Sequence record: PV159336
Strand: one strand, 5' to 3'
DNA from: Escherichia phage W22
Length of the DNA: 64,000 bases
The translations under genes and the position numbers were made by a program. Each line of letters starts with the position of its first letter. The stretch's first letter is position 1. Of this stretch, positions 56,692 through 64,000 are shown piece by piece. The notes beneath the pieces are model-generated. The model worked only from the letters and a program-made list of their open reading frames with translations. It was not told where the DNA came from and did not search any database.

Positions 56692-57642
56692 TTAGTCAAG
56701 GTTTTTGGTAATACGTGTACAACCGTCAGAAGTCAAACCGTCAACTTGAGTTTCCCAAGTGCCATGAATATTTCGGAACAATGTTGTTACACCTTTTGGT
56801 TCATTAATAATGATTGCCATAACAAGTTTAGGATCGATAACAGACATAATCTTTTCCTCAATACCCTCTGTAATAACATTATTGCGCACAATATTAATTG
56901 CATCTTCTTGTACAGTAAGAGCACTTACGTTCTTAAGAGTATATACCTGCTGTGTAGTGTAAATGATACGAACATAACTTACAGAACGAGTAGGCACAGG
57001 TTTACGCGGTCGGCGAAAACGTGATTTTGGTGAAGATTCAGTCTTACTTTCATGTTTTGAATAATACTCCTCAAACAGTTTAGTAAATGTTTTTACATCA
57101 ACTACAAACCGATCTTTCCGGTATGGAGAATTCTTATGTGCACCATTAATACCACTGTTTTCATCGAAGAAAGTAATGTTTTCTTCAGTTGAATACATTA
57201 GATAATGATCTGCATTTTTCCAATGTGGTTGTGGACAACGAGAATTACAAACGGAAAGCAGATAATTAATATTTTCTTCCGTGGCCTCAGTATCCAGGAA
57301 ACACGTATTATGCACAGTCAGTTGTACTTTTTCAGCCATATCTTTTTCTTTATCCTCTTTAGCAAGATATTCAGTACGAATAATCTCCAGAAAACCTTCA
57401 GGTGTTACTTCCATAAATGTATATTCAGGATGAAGTTCCATATATTCAAATCCACAACCATCTAATTGCTGTAGAAAGTTAGGGTAGAAGAACAAATCAT
57501 TAACACTGTGAATCAGATCATTGATTTCTGCTTCAGTTGTGTAACCAAAACTCTTGTGAATTGCTTCGTTAAGAACATGCAGGATACCCATCTCTTCTGC
57601 TGCTTTTTTAACTTCCAGTTTATTAGCGTAAAATGCAATCAT
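56692..57642 (-). CDS. hypothetical protein
   Basis: 316-aa ORF, no recognisable motif. Confidence 0.4.
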   Translation of the reverse strand: MIAFYANKLEVKKAAEEMGILHVLNEAIHKSFGYTTEAEINDLIHSVNDLFFYPNFLQQLDGCGFEYMELHPEYTFMEVTPEGFLEIIRTEYLAKEDKEKDMAEKVQLTVHNTCFLDTEATEENINYLLSVCNSRCPQPHWKNADHYLMYSTEENITFFDENSGINGAHKNSPYRKDRFVVDVKTFTKLFEEYYSKHESKTESSPKSRFRRPRKPVPTRSVSYVRIIYTTQQVYTLKNVSALTVQEDAINIVRNNVITEGIEEKIMSVIDPKLVMAIIINEPKGVTTLFRNIHGTWETQVDGLTSDGCTRITKNLD

Positions 57643-57659
57643 TATGTTTTCCTTCTAAA

Positions 57660-58094
57660 TTAGTTTAAAATTTCTTTTGCAATGGTAGAAGCAAGTTTTC
57701 CATCGTATTGATTCGGATACTCTGCTTTAAGGTGTTTCATCATATCTGGCATTTTCTTGCCTGTCAAGGCAAATTCTTCAGCAATAGCTCGAAGATCATC
57801 TTCAGATAGCATTTCTGGCAAATATTTTTCCAGAGTGGTGATATCACGCATAGCTCGCTCACATTTGCTAATGGAGGCATTAACTTTCTTAAGCGAGTCT
57901 AGTTCCTCTTTAGCGTGTGCAATACCAATCTTAACAATGTTAATCATAATATCGTCTTCTGATTTGTTTAGATTTGCCTTTTGAGTACGAGCAAGGTCAA
58001 ACTCACCAATAATATTAGTTAACAAAGCAAAAGCACCCTTATCGGTTGTACGTGCTAAGATACGATCTGCTTTCATTTGTGTCACAATAGACAT
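57660..58094 (-). CDS. GatB/YqeY-domain protein
   Basis: 144 aa; helical; central LEKYLPEMLSEDDL and overall pattern resemble YqeY/GatB C-terminal domain. Confidence 0.45.
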   Translation of the reverse strand: MSIVTQMKADRILARTTDKGAFALLTNIIGEFDLARTQKANLNKSEDDIMINIVKIGIAHAKEELDSLKKVNASISKCERAMRDITTLEKYLPEMLSEDDLRAIAEEFALTGKKMPDMMKHLKAEYPNQYDGKLASTIAKEILN

Positions 58095-58106
58095 TCTATT
58101 CTCCTC

Positions 58107-58679
58107 TTATTTGCTAATGCTTTGAATGTTATTTACAACACGGTTTATTGCCAGTGAAGCCCTAGGCTCCGCAATACCTGTTGCATAGATATAAGGATGA
58201 CCTTTTGGAGACTCCCTCATACCGAATGAACCTAATTCTAAACCATATTCATCCTCTACGTCAACCCCAATATTAGTGGGTACTAAATATGTTTTAACTC
58301 CATAATAAGTAGAGAAGAAACAGCGCATAGCGTTAGCATACTCTTCAATTGTAGCATCAGGGTAGAACTCAATCAACTCCAATTTCAAGAAAATATTAAA
58401 ATGGGTATCATCTAAATTTTCTTCTGTACGGTAACATGGCGTTAGTGCCATATACGGATTACCTGCTGCAAATTCAAAACCATCCTTCTCCATTTGCAGG
58501 AAAGATTGTTCTGCACTAGCTACATAGTATTTACCGTTAGGATGCCCTAATGGGCGATCCTCTTTATTTTCTGGTAGTGTGTACGCCAGTATATCAGCAT
58601 CCACGAGATATGGAACTTCCAACATTTGTGCAAACCGACCATAGTAATCAATAGCTTGAGCTATTACTGCAACATTCAT
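58107..58679 (-). CDS. class II aminoacyl-tRNA synthetase-like minimal catalytic domain, tentative
   Basis: Motif-2-like CYRTEENLDDTHFNIFLKLELIEFY and motif-3-like ATGIAEPRA; only 190 aa. Confidence 0.3.
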   Translation of the reverse strand: MNVAVIAQAIDYYGRFAQMLEVPYLVDADILAYTLPENKEDRPLGHPNGKYYVASAEQSFLQMEKDGFEFAAGNPYMALTPCYRTEENLDDTHFNIFLKLELIEFYPDATIEEYANAMRCFFSTYYGVKTYLVPTNIGVDVEDEYGLELGSFGMRESPKGHPYIYATGIAEPRASLAINRVVNNIQSISK

Positions 58680-58927
58680 GATCGACCTCCATTGCGGAAT
58701 GCACGTTTAGTAATGTTTGACATAGTGATCAAATCTTGAAGCGTCATATCAGGAAAATGCTGTTCAAGAACACCTTCAACAGCGCCTACAATATCTGATA
58801 ACTCAATAAGTTGCATCAGCTTGCAATCTTGATCAATAGCATCTTGAAGTTCATAAAGCTCTTCTTGAATCTTAGCAACAGAACCATATTCCTCTTTGCT
58901 AATCTCCTTCAAATGATACCCTGCCAC
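58676..58927 (-). CDS. MazG-like nucleotide pyrophosphohydrolase, tentative
   Basis: 83 aa all-alpha; EELYELQDAI...LIELSDIVGAVEGVLEQ resembles MazG/HisE-type NTP-PPase helix pair. Confidence 0.35.
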   Translation of the reverse strand: MAGYHLKEISKEEYGSVAKIQEELYELQDAIDQDCKLMQLIELSDIVGAVEGVLEQHFPDMTLQDLITMSNITKRAFRNGGRS

Positions 58928-58937
58928 TTTAACCCCC

Positions 58938-61712
58938 TTAGTTTACCAGTTTATTTATGTCTGGTAAAAGATTTATTTCACCTAAGAAATCACCTTCACC
59001 TTCCTCTAGCCAACTCTCATATGCTTGTGCATGATTATAGTTACCATCAAAAGAATCTGCAACAAATTTTTCTACAGTTTTTCGAGATGTGCCAGCGCCA
59101 AATACACCAAGTTTAATACCATTGATCGGTAAAGTAGGGCTTGTTGGTACTTTCTCTGTTGCAACACGGTTGATATCTATAATCTCCTGTACGGTTGTAT
59201 TCCATTGTAAGCATTTAACACAACGGGTGTGCGCTACATACAGTAGGTTTCGCTCTGCCTCTTCTAGTCCTACCCATTCACCAGTCTTTTTATCATAGTT
59301 GGAAGGAAAATCATTAGCAACAATAACCTGATCCCACTCCAAACCTTTAGACTTATGTGCTGTAGTCAGTGTGACTTTTGCTGTAGGAGAATTTCTATGC
59401 GTTCTAAGTGTATGTGCTATAGTGTTTGCCTTACCAGAAACTACAATGTTTAACAAGCGTTTAGCATCTGGATCAGCCTCTGCACACTCAACAAATTCAT
59501 TCCAGTCTGCGTAAGGTAATACAGTTTCATGTTTTACTTTCTCAATATCTCCTCTCCGAAGAGCATTAACACTATCTACCATAGAGATAAAATCCCTGGT
59601 ATCTACGTTAATAATAATTTCTTCCCCATCTGCAATACGATCCATTGCCTCCATAAGCAAGGTTAAATTCTTGCGAAAGATGATAGTGTAAGGTTTTGTA
59701 TAGTCTACAACATCTGATTTGTAGCTACCTACTACAGTATCAAAGCCTTTACCAACCAAAGGATGACGCAAAGGTTCTTTATCACTTAAAATCATATTCG
59801 CAATGTTTGCCACTTTGGGGCCAAAACGGAAGCAAGCAGTTAATGGAAGCTCTGCCCCATACTTAGCTGTTTCAATCATCATATTAGAGCTACCTCTAAA
59901 TTGATAAATGCAGTTATGGCTAAGAATTTCATTGCCAAAGAAGTTAGCAGTATCCTCTACTTCAATATCATAATAGATACCATCACTATCTACAATGTCC
60001 ACAATTTCTTCTGCCGTTACAGTATCACCATCTTTTACTAACACAGACATGCCTTTAAACAAACCCGCTGCCGGAATTAAATTATATTTGGCAGTGTTCA
60101 CAGAGGACATGCATTCTTTTAAAGATGCAAACGGAACTATTTCAAGGATCTTTTGTGCAAAACTCAATGCTTCACGATAAGAATTGAAATATTTACGTAC
60201 ACGGTAACGACCTTCCAATTTAGCAACACTTACGCTTACACCTGCTTCAATGAGTGAGGCATAGATTGGCATTTCACTTTCTGTCCACTCAAAGCTAACT
60301 TGTGTTCCTTTACAACCTTGTGCTCGCAAAGTCACTGTTAACATTTTTCTTGCATCTACTGTACAATTGATGCTGTGCCAATGTGGATAAGCAAAATGAT
60401 AATCTTTATCCTCTAAAAGTTTAAAACCATTTTGTCCGAATTGTTCAAAGATATTGTTGATCCTTTCTTGATTAATACCGCGTGAACTTGCCTCAAATAC
60501 ACAAGTAGGAATGCCATATTGTAAACTGTATGCCATTTCTTTTTCCATAGCAGCTTCACGGTTTTCAACAATATCCAACACCCACAACTTCTGTGCTTTT
60601 TCAGAACGTGTACGTTGCCCCAGTTTAGAAAAACCTTCTTTATCATCGAATTTGTTAGTGATCCCTACTCGGAAACCTAAATCTTTTCTCCACATTAGGT
60701 ATACCACCATCTGATCATCTTTCAGAACATAAGGTGAAGCCCAAATACGATGGTTATGTGTCATATCTAAAGTCTTACCTTTAGCAGTAATAATATTCCT
60801 ACCTTTTGTACGTGTAGATAAAGTTTTATTTGTTACTTTTCTAAATGTAACTTTACCGTTAGAATAAGACTCTACCTTATCACCGATTTGCAGGTCTTTC
60901 ATTGTAACCTGACCATTTTCGGTATTAAGTACCGTGTTTTCTGACACACATTGGAATTCATCACCAACTACCACAATTTGTTTGGCAGATTTAGCATTCC
61001 GCAGAATAGACAAGAATGCAGGGTTAACATCCTGGAATTCATCCCCAAAAATAATGTCATAACCAAGATCAGCACCAGACAATTCAAACAATTTTACATA
61101 GGTGTCATGCGTCATCAAAGTATCTGTGTTAGGGTCAATGCGCTCTCGCCACAATTGTTTTGCATACTTAACTACTTCTGTAATTAGTTTGTGTTCGTTA
61201 ATACCTTTTCTTTTAATATCTGCAAGATGTACACTAGGAAAATGTTTACGGCTGATAAAAGGATCATCCGAAAATTCAAACTTACCTACGGTTTGCTTGA
61301 TCATTAAACCAATCATAGCACGAGTTAAAAGTGTTTTCCCTCGTTTATCAATAAGATTATTAATCTTAAATTTCTTTGCTATCTCACTACCTGTACCTGC
61401 AACGTTAACATACTGTCCTTCTGGTCGTGACAGTTTTGCACGTAAACGATGATCCAGGAATTGATAGCAAATGGAATGCAATGTACGGCATTCTACATTT
61501 GGTGGCATCTTACGCCGTGCTTCTTCTGCCATGCTTTTATTGAAAGCTAAGTAAAGAATGCGATCTTCTGTACTGTTAGCCAGCAAATAAAGTGTTGACG
61601 TTTTTCCTGATCCAGATTTAGCTTGGATAGTTAAAAACCGATGATCTGGAAAAGCCTCCTTAATAGCTGTTTGCTCTTCTGTTGGAGTAAAACTCAACTC
61701 TTTCTTAGCCAT
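58938..61712 (-). CDS. UvrD/PcrA/Rep-like SF1 DNA helicase, intein-containing
   Basis: Walker A AKSGSGKT, motif II FGDEFQD, split motif III VVGDEFQ / CIYQFRGSS, motif VI TAHKSKGLEWDQV; start moved to ATG 61712. Confidence 0.75.
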   Translation of the reverse strand: MAKKELSFTPTEEQTAIKEAFPDHRFLTIQAKSGSGKTSTLYLLANSTEDRILYLAFNKSMAEEARRKMPPNVECRTLHSICYQFLDHRLRAKLSRPEGQYVNVAGTGSEIAKKFKINNLIDKRGKTLLTRAMIGLMIKQTVGKFEFSDDPFISRKHFPSVHLADIKRKGINEHKLITEVVKYAKQLWRERIDPNTDTLMTHDTYVKLFELSGADLGYDIIFGDEFQDVNPAFLSILRNAKSAKQIVVVGDEFQCVSENTVLNTENGQVTMKDLQIGDKVESYSNGKVTFRKVTNKTLSTRTKGRNIITAKGKTLDMTHNHRIWASPYVLKDDQMVVYLMWRKDLGFRVGITNKFDDKEGFSKLGQRTRSEKAQKLWVLDIVENREAAMEKEMAYSLQYGIPTCVFEASSRGINQERINNIFEQFGQNGFKLLEDKDYHFAYPHWHSINCTVDARKMLTVTLRAQGCKGTQVSFEWTESEMPIYASLIEAGVSVSVAKLEGRYRVRKYFNSYREALSFAQKILEIVPFASLKECMSSVNTAKYNLIPAAGLFKGMSVLVKDGDTVTAEEIVDIVDSDGIYYDIEVEDTANFFGNEILSHNCIYQFRGSSNMMIETAKYGAELPLTACFRFGPKVANIANMILSDKEPLRHPLVGKGFDTVVGSYKSDVVDYTKPYTIIFRKNLTLLMEAMDRIADGEEIIINVDTRDFISMVDSVNALRRGDIEKVKHETVLPYADWNEFVECAEADPDAKRLLNIVVSGKANTIAHTLRTHRNSPTAKVTLTTAHKSKGLEWDQVIVANDFPSNYDKKTGEWVGLEEAERNLLYVAHTRCVKCLQWNTTVQEIIDINRVATEKVPTSPTLPINGIKLGVFGAGTSRKTVEKFVADSFDGNYNHAQAYESWLEEGEGDFLGEINLLPDINKLVN
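59913..60950 (-). mobile_element. intein (346 aa) inserted in helicase motif III
   Basis: Starts Cys (CVSENTVLNTENG), block B TLDMTHNH, C-terminal YYDIEVEDTANFFGNEILSHN followed by extein Cys. Confidence 0.55.
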
Positions 61713-61713
61713 T

Positions 61714-62190
61714 TCAACCTCTCTTAATTTGTTTAACAAGCATAGGAACAAAATCTCGTTTTAAAATTTGTTCAATAATATGATCAGGTAGCTGTTGGAA
61801 ATTATAATTAAACGCTACTGTTTCACCTTTAGGTGTTTCTACCCGCACATATAACATGTTGCGAAGTTTATCCACTTGTGCTGTATATTCTAAACCACGT
61901 AATTGATGCATTGCAAACATCAAATCATCAGTTTCAGTTTGGAATCTATCCCTTGTCTGCATCAAGGATAAGGCAAAAGGTAGATTTTCCCTAAGAGCCA
62001 CCTTCTTAGGCACTAGTGAAGGGAAATACTCCCCAATAACTTCCTGTGTAAGCTGAATACACTCTTTTTCAAGCTGGTTTTGTTCCTTGAGTTCACAAAC
62101 ACTTTTTTGTAAAGTGTTAACCTCTTTTTGCAAAGCTGCTAGTTGAGCACTTAACTTTCTTTTTTGATTACGACCGAAACGTTTAGACAT
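61714..62190 (-). CDS. hypothetical coiled-coil protein
   Basis: 158-aa ORF; stop overlaps helicase start. Confidence 0.4.
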   Translation of the reverse strand: MSKRFGRNQKRKLSAQLAALQKEVNTLQKSVCELKEQNQLEKECIQLTQEVIGEYFPSLVPKKVALRENLPFALSLMQTRDRFQTETDDLMFAMHQLRGLEYTAQVDKLRNMLYVRVETPKGETVAFNYNFQQLPDHIIEQILKRDFVPMLVKQIKRG

Positions 62191-62198
62191 ATTTCCCC

Positions 62199-62714
62199 CT
62201 AGTAAAACCCCTTAACAATTTGTATTAACTCGGCACAACGGTTGACCAACTTTTCATCGTACAATACACGTTGTGGCATATGTTGTATAATATACTCCAT
62301 TTGCTCATGCCATGTCCACTTTTCTTTTTTGTCTGGGATAACATCACTAGCACGAGAATTATCTTTTAATGTTTGTATAATCCAATTACTTGGAAAGTGC
62401 TCTCCACCTTTCTTAAATGGTTTATAGTGGCCTAGAGTGAATTGAGAATCCCCTGTTAGAGCACCCAATTTATTTAGATGGATAATCAAACTACGAAACA
62501 CATAATATTCATAGATGTTATCCACCGTATAGCAAGCATAATATTTCAAGATACCCTTATCTCGCGGATACTTACCAACATCCAGATTACACCAGTTGAC
62601 ATTTTCTGGATCATAGTGGTGTTCCTTAAGCCATATTTCTCTTTCATCAAAGTCTGGATATATTACCGCCCTACTTACAGAGTCAACAAGTGGAGATTGA
62701 GCATCAAAAAACAT
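62199..62714 (-). CDS. hypothetical protein
   Basis: 171-aa ORF. Confidence 0.4.
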   Translation of the reverse strand: MFFDAQSPLVDSVSRAVIYPDFDEREIWLKEHHYDPENVNWCNLDVGKYPRDKGILKYYACYTVDNIYEYYVFRSLIIHLNKLGALTGDSQFTLGHYKPFKKGGEHFPSNWIIQTLKDNSRASDVIPDKKEKWTWHEQMEYIIQHMPQRVLYDEKLVNRCAELIQIVKGFY

Positions 62715-62736
62715 TATATTTTTCCTTATTGGTTTA

Positions 62737-63102
62737 TTAAACGTTTTCTAAATCTTTTAAGGCATTACCCAACGTTAGAACAATAACATCGTTTGCTGCC
62801 TCTTCCCCATTGATATTGGTGAAATTTGGTGTGACAAAAGTAACCATATAAAACTCGTCCACCTGGAAGACAGCAATAACACCGTCCATCTTAACATCTT
62901 GACGAAAGGAAAAACCAATCATCTTCTCTTGCAAAGGCATATCCCCTTCCTTCATTACTGCCAGGGAGTTTTCAGGAATGTTATATTTATCTGCTCCGAT
63001 GTAGATGTACGTAATGTTATCTTTATCGTGATGATACAGGGTTGCTTTTTCCATATCTAAACCTGACAGATCAAATACGTTAATTTCTTGTGTAGTCTTC
63101 AT
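62737..63102 (-). CDS. hypothetical protein
   Basis: ORF track 62737..63177; ATG at 63102 with GGAGGA RBS preferred. Confidence 0.35.
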   Translation of the reverse strand: MKTTQEINVFDLSGLDMEKATLYHHDKDNITYIYIGADKYNIPENSLAVMKEGDMPLQEKMIGFSFRQDVKMDGVIAVFQVDEFYMVTFVTPNFTNINGEEAANDVIVLTLGNALKDLENV

Positions 63103-63466
63103 AAATATCCTCCCAAATCCAATAATCATCTGTGTAAGTAGGATGCCTTTTATCCCACTCTGTTCTAGCCCAAGCAACCGCTGCTACCAATACATCACCA
63201 TGACAAGGTTGAGGTGAGCAGAAGCAAACTAAGTCTTTCCCTTCTAATTCTAACAAATCCTCAAGAGTGATTTTACCACAACGAATTTGTTCCCACAACC
63301 ACTCTTTATATCTTTGTATAGTTGATCCTCGTGGTTCATCATCCTTTAACTTAAAAGGATTTGCAAACTTTGAGGCTTTTAACCCCATATGAGGCATAGC
63401 TCTGCCAATGTACACTGCACCTTCAGGTATTACTTTACCTAAATGGTAGAAATTTAATACTTTCAT
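63080..63466 (-). CDS. DUF4326-like protein
   Basis: Motif KDLVCFCSPQPCHGDVL resembles DUF4326 core (C.C.P..CHgdvL); ATG 63466 coupled to upstream stop. Confidence 0.4.
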   Translation of the reverse strand: MKVLNFYHLGKVIPEGAVYIGRAMPHMGLKASKFANPFKLKDDEPRGSTIQRYKEWLWEQIRCGKITLEDLLELEGKDLVCFCSPQPCHGDVLVAAVAWARTEWDKRHPTYTDDYWIWEDIYEDYTRN

Positions 63467-63467
63467 A

Positions 63468-63818
63468 TTAACCCAAACACATCTGTGCAATCAAGCCCTG
63501 TATAAATTTATTAGCTTCTTTACTGTCGTAATCAGTTTCTTCTGGATATCCATCTTCATCGTACACAACTGTACCTTCAATATACCCTGCCTCAATTAAG
63601 GCACGGATCATATCAAATTGCCAGCATGAGTTACCAAATGGACGTTTACCATTAAAACACTCTTCTTCTCTCCATAACGTAGAGAGTAGTTGTCGGAAAT
63701 ATTCCCGTACAGTGACAGTACCAAGATCTGAATCCTCAAACATAACATCCAGGGCATCAGGATTGCTTTTCTCTACATAAGGAATATATTTAACACCATT
63801 AATAGTTACATCAAGCAT
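63468..63818 (-). CDS. hypothetical protein
   Basis: 116-aa ORF with AAGGAG RBS. Confidence 0.4.
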   Translation of the reverse strand: MLDVTINGVKYIPYVEKSNPDALDVMFEDSDLGTVTVREYFRQLLSTLWREEECFNGKRPFGNSCWQFDMIRALIEAGYIEGTVVYDEDGYPEETDYDSKEANKFIQGLIAQMCLG

Positions 63819-64000
63819 TTATTTCTCCTTATCATCATATTCTAGGAACATATCTGCACGATATGCTTTACGCTCTTCAAACTTAGCAGGATCTACAACA
63901 ATAAGCAATACAAGGTTAACATCTAAATACTTCTTAACAAATAGAAATAAATCTTTTCCACAGTTAAAACCTACACCAGTATAGGCATCCCCATATTGAT
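63819..64000 (-). CDS. hypothetical protein, 3' portion only (gene begins beyond window end)
   Basis: Open frame ending TAA at 63819-63821 overlapping next start (TAAATG); C-terminal ...AYTGVGFNCGKDLFLFVKKYL... Confidence 0.3.
   Translation of the reverse strand, partial: QYGDAYTGVGFNCGKDLFLFVKKYLDVNLVLLIVVDPAKFEERKAYRADMFLEYDDKEK

Noticed and set aside
29270-64000. Search for dCMP/dUMP hydroxymethylase (thymidylate-synthase-like) and dNMP kinase to support DNA hypermodification
   Set aside because: None recognised among the - strand ORFs in this window, so DNA glycosylation by the glycosyltransferase cluster stays a hypothesis rather than a call.
1-64000. Integrase, excisionase or attachment-site repeats indicating a prophage
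   Set aside because: No tyrosine/serine recombinase motifs or flanking direct repeats seen; the window looks like part of a virulent phage genome or lies interior to a prophage.

Overview
This 64-kb window is a segment of a tailed dsDNA phage genome with a contractile-tail (myovirus-type) structural module; no integrase, att site, rRNA, tRNA or CRISPR array was seen. All calls rest on reading the supplied ORF translations for motifs and gene order; no database search was run, so family assignments are motif-level hypotheses. The window splits into two convergent blocks meeting at a bidirectional terminator (29238..29266). The + strand (1..29234) is a late module: tail sheath, tail tube, a chaperone pair with a candidate -1 frameshift, tape measure, baseplate proteins, and at least six tail fibers/tailspikes, several with enzyme-like domains. 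The - strand (29270..64000) is an early/replication module: a bracketed DNA methyltransferase cassette, ssDNA-binding protein, family A DNA polymerase, primase-helicase, four glycosyltransferases, a secreted cell-wall hydrolase, anaerobic ribonucleotide reductase NrdD/NrdG, and a UvrD-like helicase interrupted by an intein. The most striking content is a contiguous ~10-kb same-strand block (43406..53120) encoding a Ter-like set (TerD-domain protein, vWA protein, TelA-like protein, TerC membrane protein) followed by a translationally coupled macro domain / phosphoribosyltransferase / HAD hydrolase trio. Second is the four-glycosyltransferase cluster, which may modify DNA or a surface glycan. 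Host is unknown; strong AGGAG-type ribosome-binding sites, about 40% GC by eye, and NrdDG without aerobic RNR suggest a facultative or anaerobic bacterium.
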